This document shows positions 1 to 7,260 of a stretch of DNA of 32,000 nt, piece by piece (the first letter of the stretch is position 1; each line of letters starts with the position of its first letter). Below the pieces are notes generated by a model. It did no database searches. It had not been told where the DNA came from and worked only from the letters and a program-made list of their open reading frames with translations. The position numbers and the translations under genes were made by a program. Location of the stretch: the NCBI RefSeq assembly GCF_000195975.1, contig NC_005070.1:1980001-2012000 (forward strand), given 5' to 3'. The stretch comes from Parasynechococcus marenigrum WH 8102. GTDB taxonomy: Bacteria > Cyanobacteriota > Cyanobacteriia > PCC-6307 > Cyanobiaceae.

Positions 1-1
1 C

Positions 2-268
2 CTGCGAGCCAAACTGCTGGAACAGGAGCAACGGGAGGCGGCGGCCCGGGAAAGCAGCGACCGTCGCGCCCAGGTGGGCAGCGGTGATCGCAGCGAAAAA
101 ATCCGCACATACAACTACAAAGACAACCGCACCACCGATCACCGGCTGGGCAGAAATTTTTCACTCGATCCGGTGCTGGATGGTCAGCTTGAGGATTTGA
201 TCGGCGCCTGCATCGCAGAAGAACAGCGGCAGAAACTGGAAGCCCTCAGCCAACAGAACGAGGACTGA
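2..268 (+). CDS. prfA: peptide chain release factor 1, C-terminal part (5' end outside window)
   Basis: Frame is open from position 2. Translation ..[34 protein letters not shown].. matches the conserved RF1 segment (GSGDRSE.IRTYN, TDHR). Stop at 266-268. Confidence 0.85.
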   Translation: MRAKLLEQEQREAAARESSDRRAQVGSGDRSEKIRTYNYKDNRTTDHRLGRNFSLDPVLDGQLEDLIGACIAEEQRQKLEALSQQNED

Positions 269-275
269 ACTCAGC

Positions 276-800
276 TCAGGCTCCGATCACGTATTTGGCC
301 CATTCGCTGTGACGGCCGGAATGGATCTGGCGGGTGGCCTCAAAACTGAGGCTGCTCAGCGGACGGCGCGGCACCCGCATCAGCGGCATGTCCGCCTCCT
401 TCGGGGTGCGATTGCCCTTTCGCACATTGCAGCTCAGACAAGCGGTGGTCACGTTTTCCCAGGTGTCACCCCCACCTCGGCTGCGGGGCACCACATGGTC
501 GATTGACAGCGGTTCGTTGCGGCAGCCGCAGTACTGACAACTGTGGTTATCGCGATGAAACAGGTTGCGTCGGGTCAGCGGCAACTGACGGAAAGGCACC
601 CGGACGTATTGGCGCAAACGAATGACGGTCGGGAGGTGAGTACCACGCCGGATCTCTCGGGTGGAATCCTGCTCGAGACTCTCAGCCTTGCCCTTGAGCA
701 TCATCACCATGGCGCGCCGCCAGGTAGTGATATTCAGCGGCTCGTAGGACGCATTGAGAACGAGAACCTGGCCCATGCCAGCTCCCTGAATACGAGGCAT
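276..800 (-). CDS. HNH endonuclease family protein
   Basis: 174-aa ORF with an HNH/zinc motif: HRDNHSCQYCG..LSIDHVVPRSRGG..WENVTTACLSCNVRKGN. The start could instead be the internal Met at 776 (MGQVLVLN). Confidence 0.8.
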   Translation of the reverse strand: MPRIQGAGMGQVLVLNASYEPLNITTWRRAMVMMLKGKAESLEQDSTREIRRGTHLPTVIRLRQYVRVPFRQLPLTRRNLFHRDNHSCQYCGCRNEPLSIDHVVPRSRGGGDTWENVTTACLSCNVRKGNRTPKEADMPLMRVPRRPLSSLSFEATRQIHSGRHSEWAKYVIGA

Positions 801-850
801 GCTATCGATTCCACCAAGCCCCCCTTGGTAACGCTGAGCACCAAAGCCTC

Positions 851-1981
851 ATGTCGGAGCTAAGTCCACGCCAGCGCGCCTGGGTGGAGGTCTACCCCAC
901 GGCCATTGAGGCCAACTGCCGACTGCTGTGCCGTCAACTTGTCACCGGCTGCCAGCTGATGGCCGTGGTGAAAGCCGACGGCTATGGCCACGGCGCCGTG
1001 ACCGTGGCGAGGGCTTCCCTACGCGGCGGGGCATCCAGCCTTGGGGTGGCAACCCTTCAGGAAGGCCTGGAACTGCGGGATGCAGGCATCGAGGCGCCGG
1101 TTCTGATCCTCAGCGCCCTGCCAAGCCCGGAGGATCTCCGCCACTGCCTGGAGCAGCGGCTGATGCCGACCCTGAGCAGCCTGGATGAAGCGAACACGGC
1201 CGCTGCGGTGGCTGCTGAACGAGGAAACGAGCGCTTTCCTGTGCAGCTGAAACTCGATACAGGGATGGCCAGGCTCGGTGGCGAATGGCAGGAGGGAGCC
1301 CAGCTGGTGCAGTCCATCCGCACCCTGCCTCAGCTGGAACTAGTAGGCCTATACAGCCATCTCGCCTGTGCGGATGAGCTTGGCGATCAACTCACCCACC
1401 TGCAGCTGCAGCGCTTTCGATCCGTCATTGAAGCCCTGCCGGATGGCGGCAGCGGCCTGTGCTGCCATCTGGCCAATTCCGCCGGAACCCTGCAGGATCC
1501 CCGTTTGCATCTGGACATGGTGCGCGTTGGCCTCGCCTTGTACGGACAATCCCCAGCTGACCACCTCGGCCTCGATTTAGCACTACAGCCTGCCTTGGCG
1601 GTGAAGGCACGCGTCAGCCTTATTCGGGAGGTGCCGAGCGGTAGCGGCGTCAGCTACGGCCATCGCTTTGTCACCAGTCGTCCGTCACGCCTGGCGGTGA
1701 TCGCCATCGGTTATGCCGACGGCGTGGTCCGCGCACTGAGCGGCCGCATTGACGTCCTGCATCGTGGTCGCCGGGTGCCGCAGGTGGGCAATATCACCAT
1801 GGACCAGATCATCCTCGACGCCACCGATGTCGAGGAGCTGACGGTGGGAGACAACGTCACGCTGCTGGGGCAAGACGGAGATGACTGCATCCGTCCCCAG
1901 GACTGGAGCGCTCGCTGCGGCTCGATCCCCTGGGAGATTCTCTGTGGTTTCAAACACCGCCTGCCGCGGGTCGAGATCTGA
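851..1981 (+). CDS. alr: alanine racemase
   Basis: 376 aa with the PLP-lysine motif VVKADGYGHG. Later segments include VSYGHRF and GNITMDQIILD. Length is typical for Alr. Confidence 0.9.
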   Translation: MSELSPRQRAWVEVYPTAIEANCRLLCRQLVTGCQLMAVVKADGYGHGAVTVARASLRGGASSLGVATLQEGLELRDAGIEAPVLILSALPSPEDLRHCLEQRLMPTLSSLDEANTAAAVAAERGNERFPVQLKLDTGMARLGGEWQEGAQLVQSIRTLPQLELVGLYSHLACADELGDQLTHLQLQRFRSVIEALPDGGSGLCCHLANSAGTLQDPRLHLDMVRVGLALYGQSPADHLGLDLALQPALAVKARVSLIREVPSGSGVSYGHRFVTSRPSRLAVIAIGYADGVVRALSGRIDVLHRGRRVPQVGNITMDQIILDATDVEELTVGDNVTLLGQDGDDCIRPQDWSARCGSIPWEILCGFKHRLPRVEI

Positions 1982-2018
1982 CTGACCGTCCAACGCTTGG
2001 TACTCTGGTGGAGCCTCT

Positions 2019-2107
2019 GGAGAGGTGGCTGAGTGGTTGAAAGCGGCTCCCTGCTAAGGAGTTACAGGAGGCAACTTCTGTCGAGGGTTCGAATCCCTCC
2101 CTCTCCG
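2019..2107 (+). tRNA. tRNA-Ser (anticodon GCU), long variable arm, CCA not encoded
   Basis: Acceptor stem GGAGAGG (2019-2025) pairs with CCTCTCC (2100-2106), discriminator G2107. T arm is GAGGG-TTCGAAT-CCCTC (2083-2099). Anticodon loop is CTGCTAA. The 89-nt length fits a class II tRNA. Confidence 0.9.
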
Positions 2108-2109
2108 TT
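2089..2109 (+). repeat. attL core (tRNA 3' end): TCGAATCCCTCCCTCTCCGTT
   Basis: Direct repeat partner at 10053-10073. Confidence 0.65.
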
Positions 2110-2220
2110 TCAAGGTCTTCCCTGACCTTCCCATTTCTTCCCAAATCCACTGGGGTACAACGGGTCTTGCGAATTTGAGTTCCCAGGAATTCCCACTAAT
2201 TCTCCTGATTTGCCTCTGAA

Positions 2221-2264
2221 TTGGGGTAGGAATTGGGGTAGGAAAAACTTGACTGGGGTAGGAA
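2221..2264 (+). promoter_or_regulatory. three direct copies of (T)TGGGGTAGGAA, candidate integrase arm-type binding sites (attL arm)
   Basis: TTGGGGTAGGAA at 2221-2232 and 2233-2244 is a perfect tandem, and TGGGGTAGGAA recurs at 2254-2264. The same motif recurs next to attR. Confidence 0.55.
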
Positions 2265-2291
2265 GATATCTGTGAGGTCGGAATCCCTGAG

Positions 2292-3569
2292 ATGCCTCTT
2301 ACAGACTCGGGTGTGCGGTCTCTGACTGCGACCGACAAGATGCAGAAAAAGAGTGTCGGAAACTGCCTCTACGTGGTGGTAGAACCTTCGAAGAAGGGGG
2401 GTGGCAAGTCCTTTTACGGCGAGATCCGTTTCCCGCCAGGGGGTGGCGGACAAAAGGTCAGGGTCTGCATAGGTCCCTACGGCACTGCTCCAGGGCAATG
2501 GACCTTGAAGGCAGCAAAGGACGAATGGACCCGAATTCGCGCCTGGTCGCTGGAGACGGGCAGAGACCCCAGAGAACTGAATGGCAGGGGTAGGAAGCAA
2601 AACCAGGACCAAGGACCCTCCAAGACGCTTCAGGACGCCATAGACGGGTTCCTGAGCACCAAGACGTCGCTGAAGGAGTTCACCCTCACCAACTACCGCA
2701 GGCAACTGGAGAACCAGGTTCGGGAGTGCATTCCAGGGGCAACGCCACTTCGCGAACTGGAATGGGACAACGGCGGGAGGGAGAAGGTCGTTGCCCTGCG
2801 GGAATACATCGAGGACAGAGGCAGTTACGACCAGGCATTTCGGGTGCAGAAGGTCCTGGCACAGGCACTGGACTACGCAATCCTCCAGGGGTGGATGCGA
2901 CGCAATCAGAACCCAGCAACCAAGCAGAAGGGAGAAGAGAGCAAGCACGACCCGAAACACCATCCCCATATCCAGTGGGAACAGGTGCCAGAACTGCTGG
3001 AAGCAATTCACCTGAACCGCTGCTCAGGGCACGTTCAGTCGGTCATGGCACTGAAGCTTCTGCTCATGACCTTTCTCAGAGCAGGGGCACTTGCTCGTCT
3101 GAAGTGGAAGTGGATCAGCAGAAAGGAGAACCTCCTGGTGATTCCTGGAACCACTCCAGGACTGAAACGCACCAAGAAGACAGAAGACCTCCCACATCAC
3201 GTCCCGCTGACCAAGGAGATGAATGCACTGCTGAAGCAGGCAAAGCAGATGAATGGGCACCTGCCGTATGTCTTTGGTCCTGTCCGCGAGCAAAGCAGAT
3301 ATCCACATTTGGACCCCGAATCACCCAACAACCTCCTCAAGGGTTTGGGGTACAGAGAAGTGCTGCGTGCTCATGGTTGGAGGTCATTACCTCTGACCGC
3401 AGGACAAGAAGTTCTCAAGGCACCTCACGACATCATCCAAAGACAGATGGGGCACCTGATTGGCGACAAGGTCAGAAAGGCATATGACAAATCACTCATG
3501 CTGGAAGAACGCAGAGACTTCCTAGAGCAATGGTGCAAGTTATTGGTCAAAAATGGTTTGAAGATTTGA
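2292..3569 (+). CDS. int: site-specific tyrosine recombinase (P4-type phage integrase)
   Basis: 425 aa. The N-terminus LTDSGVRSL..GNCLYVVVEPSKKGGGKSFYGEIRF resembles the arm-binding domain of P4-like integrases. The C-terminus carries HGWRS..GH..KAYDKS (the H-x-x-R and Tyr region). The gene lies about 185 nt downstream of the tRNA. Confidence 0.9.
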   Translation: MPLTDSGVRSLTATDKMQKKSVGNCLYVVVEPSKKGGGKSFYGEIRFPPGGGGQKVRVCIGPYGTAPGQWTLKAAKDEWTRIRAWSLETGRDPRELNGRGRKQNQDQGPSKTLQDAIDGFLSTKTSLKEFTLTNYRRQLENQVRECIPGATPLRELEWDNGGREKVVALREYIEDRGSYDQAFRVQKVLAQALDYAILQGWMRRNQNPATKQKGEESKHDPKHHPHIQWEQVPELLEAIHLNRCSGHVQSVMALKLLLMTFLRAGALARLKWKWISRKENLLVIPGTTPGLKRTKKTEDLPHHVPLTKEMNALLKQAKQMNGHLPYVFGPVREQSRYPHLDPESPNNLLKGLGYREVLRAHGWRSLPLTAGQEVLKAPHDIIQRQMGHLIGDKVRKAYDKSLMLEERRDFLEQWCKLLVKNGLKI

Positions 3570-3580
3570 AGGCATAAAAA

Positions 3581-3610
3581 GCAGCAGGGTGACTAATCCT
3601 GCTGCCTTTA
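3581..3610 (+). terminator. hairpin after integrase
   Basis: GCAGCAGG (3581-3588) pairs with CCTGCTGC (3598-3605), a perfect 8-bp stem with a 9-nt loop, followed by CTTTA. Confidence 0.45.
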
Positions 3611-4065
3611 TGACCATTTTATGTACCATGACTAAAATACACCAACCCACACAACCAAAGGGTTGGCGAAGCGATTGGTTGCTTTGAATACTAACCGAGC
3701 ATTAAAGTCCGAAAACGCGGGAGTTTTATGGATCTGAATGCTAACTGAGTATGCGCCCAATCACTTCTTTCTAATTGTACTACAAAGTTGATAATAATGC
3801 AACGATCTTACTACATACGTAAATCAAACATTGGACTGTTAATCTGTTAATGTGTTATCAATTTCTGCATAAGGCGTCTTATTCCTGATGTCCTTGCAAA
3901 GTGGTCATTTCGGAAATGTCAATTTTATATGGTTGAGCGAGTGATCTAAGAGAGGTTGCTATCGATCGATTACCTTCTCAAGATCGCAATCTATATAAAT
4001 AAATACATATATGACATGGAATTATATGGAATTGTCCATATAAAATGGAATCAGTGACATGAATG

Positions 4066-4100
4066 AAAAAAGACCCCTCCTTGCCGAAAAAGGAGGGGTC
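4066..4100 (-). terminator. strong intrinsic-terminator-like hairpin oriented for the minus strand
   Basis: GACCCCTCCT (4072-4081) pairs with AGGAGGGGTC (4091-4100), a perfect 10 bp stem. A6 at 4066-4071 becomes the U-tract on the minus strand. There is no T-tract on the plus side. Confidence 0.45.
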
Positions 4101-4156
4101 TAAAAACACGAAAAATCTACCACCTTTATTTATAAGTTCTACACCCAAGAAGACAT

Positions 4157-4333
4157 ATGCCTTCTCGATCAAACGGAAAGAATATCAGCATTCATTTCAC
4201 AGAGGATAAACTTTCTCTGTTGGATGCCTTTGAAGAATATCACAAACAGAACTACATCAATCGTTCTGGATGGGTCAAGCAACATATGAAGAAAGCATTG
4301 ACCGAAAACAAAAGACAACTTGCATTTAGATGA
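4157..4333 (+). CDS. small ribbon-helix-helix (CopG/Arc-like) DNA-binding protein, 58 aa (below ORF-track cutoff)
   Basis: Translation is MPSRSNGKNISIHFTEDKLSLLDAFEEYHKQNYINRSGWVKQHMKKALTENKRQLAFR. It shows a beta-strand, helix, helix pattern with RSGW at the start of helix 2, as in RHH proteins. It is the first gene of a tightly packed operon. Confidence 0.55.
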   Translation: MPSRSNGKNISIHFTEDKLSLLDAFEEYHKQNYINRSGWVKQHMKKALTENKRQLAFR

Positions 4334-4334
4334 A

Positions 4335-4460
4335 ATGAAAACTTATCGAATACCAGGCGTTCACGCAGAGATGCTCAAGACTCTTGCACGCAAACTGCGA
4401 ATGAAGGAGGAAGAGGTCATCGAAGAGATGATTCAAGAAAGATTTAACCAGAAGAAGTGA
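4335..4460 (+). CDS. second small RHH-like protein, 41 aa
   Basis: Translation is MKTYRIPGVHAEMLKTLARKLRMKEEEVIEEMIQERFNQKK. It starts 1 nt after the previous stop, and the next ATG lies 1 nt after its own stop. Confidence 0.4.
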   Translation: MKTYRIPGVHAEMLKTLARKLRMKEEEVIEEMIQERFNQKK

Positions 4461-4461
4461 C

Positions 4462-4704
4462 ATGAATCACTTTTCTGATCAAAGACATTGGGCACCAACT
4501 CAGTTCAATCAGTACCAGCAGTGGGCAGAGATTCATCCCACTGACCCCAACATGTATCGGACATTCTTTTTGCAACGAGACCACCTCGCCAAGAAGGTTC
4601 GTATTCGTGGAGAAACCAACTGGGTCTATGGAGAGGTGCCATCAACGATTCGTGTGGCGCATCCAATGCATCTAGCAAAGATTCGTTCAGGCACCCTGTT
4701 CTAA
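4462..4704 (+). CDS. hypothetical protein, 80 aa
   Basis: ORF-track entry, positioned as if translationally coupled in the 4157-5336 operon. I recognise no motif. Confidence 0.5.
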   Translation: MNHFSDQRHWAPTQFNQYQQWAEIHPTDPNMYRTFFLQRDHLAKKVRIRGETNWVYGEVPSTIRVAHPMHLAKIRSGTLF

Positions 4705-4718
4705 AAAAGGAGATACAA

Positions 4719-5336
4719 ATGAAGTCCTATAAACAATTCGTGAGCGAGGCAAGAGAAGCAAAGGCATTTCTTGCTGGTGAACTACCTCTCAGTCAAAGAA
4801 AGAAAAAGAAGGTTGGTCAGAAGGTCATATCGAAGCGAAAGTCCAACGACCTGTCCCAACGGAATGGAGCATCAGGAATTTCGCCCTCGTCGAACCCGTC
4901 TCCAGAGGTCGATAACAGCAATGACATTCATATTGGTGGCAACTATCTGGGACGTCCCGACTACTCCGAATCCATAGACCCCCTGGTCGACGTGATGAAC
5001 CGTCTGTATCCCGTCCCTGAATCGAAATTGAGGGAGGATACGCAGTCGTCGTTCTATGTCTTTCGCACTGATACTCAGCAGGTCTTGGCGCGGGGAGTAG
5101 TCGGGTATGACAACGCCAAGCAACGTGCCTCCTACCTCCGCAAGAGACATGGTCTGAAGTTCGACCAGGTGCGTTTCAAGAAGGAGGGAGCGAAGACTGG
5201 TGGATCAAGACGCAGGACTGGTGGTCAGACCTTTAGAGGTGGTCGTGTTGACACTGCAAGAAACTACAACCCCTCCAAACGGGGTTACTTCAGAGGTGTC
5301 CATCATCCCGATGGATCCTATGGAGACCTGGATTAG
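4719..5336 (+). CDS. hypothetical protein, 205 aa, Lys-rich N-terminal part and Arg/Gly-rich C-terminal tail
   Basis: AAGGAG lies 6 nt upstream of the ATG. The tail reads GGSRRRTGGQTFRGGRVDTARNYNPSKRGYFRG. I recognise no family. Confidence 0.65.
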   Translation: MKSYKQFVSEAREAKAFLAGELPLSQRKKKKVGQKVISKRKSNDLSQRNGASGISPSSNPSPEVDNSNDIHIGGNYLGRPDYSESIDPLVDVMNRLYPVPESKLREDTQSSFYVFRTDTQQVLARGVVGYDNAKQRASYLRKRHGLKFDQVRFKKEGAKTGGSRRRTGGQTFRGGRVDTARNYNPSKRGYFRGVHHPDGSYGDLD

Positions 5337-5526
5337 GAGTCCTCAGAGGTCTCACTTTGCTGGATAGGACTTAGTAACCGCAAAGGTATTCGGAAACAAA
5401 GACGTCCGACTGTATTGACTGATCTTGCGATCCTTAAACCTTTTATGCTACTTATACTTGTATTAGTATTTATTTCCTCTTCTGACAAGGGTATGGATCT
5501 TTATTATAGGTTCGATAATAGTTGGT

Positions 5527-5727
5527 GTGATTGCCTGGATCTATGACGCTTATGTTTCTATGAAGAAGGATGAGGAGATCGCACGACTCAGAGATGAATT
5601 GACTCAGAGGGACTCAAAGTTGTCAAAACTCAAGGAACTAAAAATGTTGCTTGATGATGGAACGCTTAATGAGAATGAATTCGAGTTGATGAAATACGAA
5701 CTTATCAACAATGAACAAGAAGAATAA
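5527..5727 (+). CDS. SHOCT-domain small protein
   Basis: The C-terminus LKELKMLLDDGTLNENEFELMKYELI fits the SHOCT motif. The same frame is open from 5467 and there encodes a hydrophobic helix (VWIFIIGSIIVGVIAWIY) with no ATG/GTG/TTG start. Confidence 0.55.
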   Translation: MIAWIYDAYVSMKKDEEIARLRDELTQRDSKLSKLKELKMLLDDGTLNENEFELMKYELINNEQEE

Positions 5728-5773
5728 ATTCGTTGGATTTTGACTCTATATTGATCTTCTTGCCCTCTCTCTA

Positions 5774-5941
5774 TTAGGACTCTTCAGAGGTCTCTCTCTG
5801 GGGGATAGGACTTGAGTTGAGGTCTGACCGTCTTGACTCTTCCTCCACCTGCATCAACCTCTCCACAAGGTTGAGGGTGTCGTTGGGAGACCACTCCCCA
5901 TCGTCACCCCACTTGAGTGATGAGAGTTCAGTGGGGGACAT
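5774..5941 (-). CDS. possible small acidic protein, 55 aa
   Basis: My translation is MSPTELSSLKWGDDGEWSPNDTLNLVERLMQVEEESRRSDLNSSPIPQRETSEES. The opposite-strand 66-aa ORF (5817-6017) is Ser-rich and looks like its shadow. Evidence is weak. Confidence 0.25.
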   Translation of the reverse strand: MSPTELSSLKWGDDGEWSPNDTLNLVERLMQVEEESRRSDLNSSPIPQRETSEES

Positions 5942-6113
5942 CGATGGGAGTTCTGGGGCGTTGAACCTCAGGGGTCAGAAACCTCAAAAGTCCCCACTAA
6001 GACAGGACTTTCACTGAAGAAATTCTGAAGACTGGTTCGTTGTGATACCTATTGGGAGGGATTGACATTCACAGCGTCATGATCTGCTTGCCGTGCTTGT
6101 AAAAGATCGTCAT

Positions 6114-6434
6114 CTATTTTTGTTGAAAACTGTTGATCCGAGTATCTGTCATGTATTTAACCTCTTGGTAATATTCCAAAATCTCACTTTCGTGATCTTC
6201 TAGACAAGATATCAATGGTACTAATTTCTTATTCATCTGGTGATAAAACCTTAATCGATTGCGCTCTGCCTCAATTCCTGGGTAAGTCAATGCCATGCCA
6301 TTAAATCTTTTGATCTGATCCACCACGCTGTGAAATGATTTTGCATAAGAAGCACACGGATCGGGGACCAGAGGTCTCGCCATCGCAGGATTGGCAATCG
6401 AGAGTAAGGAAATGGCGACCAAAAGGTTTTTCAT
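6114..6434 (-). CDS. secreted hypothetical protein, 106 aa
   Basis: The N-terminus MKNLLVAISLLSIANPAMA looks like a signal peptide. The body is mixed and helical-looking. Confidence 0.6.
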   Translation of the reverse strand: MKNLLVAISLLSIANPAMARPLVPDPCASYAKSFHSVVDQIKRFNGMALTYPGIEAERNRLRFYHQMNKKLVPLISCLEDHESEILEYYQEVKYMTDTRINSFQQK

Positions 6435-6604
6435 TATTGCTCTTGATCGGGAACTCGACTCACTAGGGCGGCGAGAGATATTAATCCTCCGGTTATCACT
6501 ATTAGGGCACTCGCCTGGTCTCCCATCTTGGTAGTGCCGATCGCAAACATCAGACCTGATGATGCGAATAGAGCAGACCTAATCCACTTGTTTTTTATAT
6601 GCAT
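6434..6604 (-). CDS. small two-TM membrane protein, 56 aa (below cutoff)
   Basis: Translation is MHIKNKWIRSALFASSGLMFAIGTTKMGDQASALIVITGGLISLAALVSRVPDQEQ. Its TAA stop overlaps the ATG of the 106-aa gene (TAATG). Confidence 0.4.
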   Translation of the reverse strand: MHIKNKWIRSALFASSGLMFAIGTTKMGDQASALIVITGGLISLAALVSRVPDQEQ

Positions 6605-6633
6605 TTTCAAGAAATCAGAGGTTCATGATCTAA

Positions 6634-6726
6634 TCAGTGAGGAAGACCTTGCATCATCCAAGACTCATACACAAAGAAGAGAAGAAAGAAGAGGACGATT
6701 CCGATGACCAGTAGTTTTCCGTTCAT
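6634..6726 (-). CDS. possible 30-aa hydrophobic peptide
   Basis: Translation is MNGKLLVIGIVLFFLLFFVYESWMMQGLPH. It lies 29 nt upstream of the 56-aa gene on the same strand. Confidence 0.25.
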   Translation of the reverse strand: MNGKLLVIGIVLFFLLFFVYESWMMQGLPH

Positions 6727-6910
6727 GAGTAGTGTCTCTCGGACCGTGCTGATGTGATTTTGCCTTGCTTATCTGAATCCCCGACGGGAACTGGCATCGA
6801 CACAGCATCGATGCGTTGTGACCATAAACATGTTGTACTGGATTGTCTGTATCTTCTAACCCCAATCAAACGCTCCGATTTTGTGGATTTGGATAGGAGT
6901 TGTGAGGTCC

Positions 6911-7090
6911 TGGTAACGGATTAACGGATAACAGACCCAAACCAGAAATTAGGGGTGCTTCGGTGCCCCTATTTTGACGTCTGAGCGGTCTCTTGGCGTC
7001 CGATCAGGGCAGCAGACGTTGGACTGTTTCTGGTTGTCCACCAAACCCTTGTGGAGATGGCAAGCACAGATTAGGAAGCAGAGGAAGTAC
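6911..7090. repeat. copy A of a roughly 180-bp imperfect direct repeat (partner at 7915-8090)
   Basis: Shared blocks with copy B are TTAACGGAT.., CCCAAACCAGAA, the AGGGGTGC hairpin, GGGCGTCC, GGGCAGCAGACG.TGGA and CTGGTT.TC.ACCAA.CC. The offset between copies is exactly 1000 bp at the hairpin. Confidence 0.6.
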
Positions 7091-7134
7091 TGGTCAAAAC
7101 ACTGGGACTGGGACGAGAATATGGGTTCCGTGGG
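6949..7134 (-). pseudogene. start-less truncated paralogue of the Cys/His-rich ORF 7949-8197
   Basis: The minus frame reads ..CFDQYFLCFLICACHLHKGLVDNQKQSNVCCPDRTPRDRSDVKIGAPKHP*. The full copy reads ..TFLCLPIDSCHLHQGLVDNQRQSSVCCPDWTPKERSSTKKGVPEHP*. No start codon occurs after the upstream TGA. Confidence 0.35.
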
Positions 7135-7260
7135 TCACTTTTATATTACTAGATTGCTTTACAAGCGCTTCTGGTAGAGACCGGTCGCGACAGTGGTTCT
7201 GAACCCTTGAAGACTACAGATAAGCGCGTTACGACATGGGAGTAAGTTTTCTCTTCCCTC

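Noticed and set aside
2196-3011. 271-aa minus-strand ORF
   Set aside because: Antisense to the integrase gene and running through the arm-site repeats. The integrase frame carries the recognisable motifs.
3978-4172. 64-aa minus-strand ORF
   Set aside because: It spans the perfect 10-bp hairpin and the ATGGAAT repeats. It most likely reflects AT-rich non-coding sequence.
5817-6017. 66-aa plus-strand ORF
   Set aside because: The Ser-rich translation looks like the antisense shadow of the slightly more protein-like 55-aa minus-strand ORF. Neither is strongly supported.
6665-6865. 66-aa minus-strand ORF
   Set aside because: His/Arg/Thr/Gln-rich composition that does not look protein-like, and no motif I recognise. 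It overlaps the more plausible 30-aa hydrophobic ORF in another frame.
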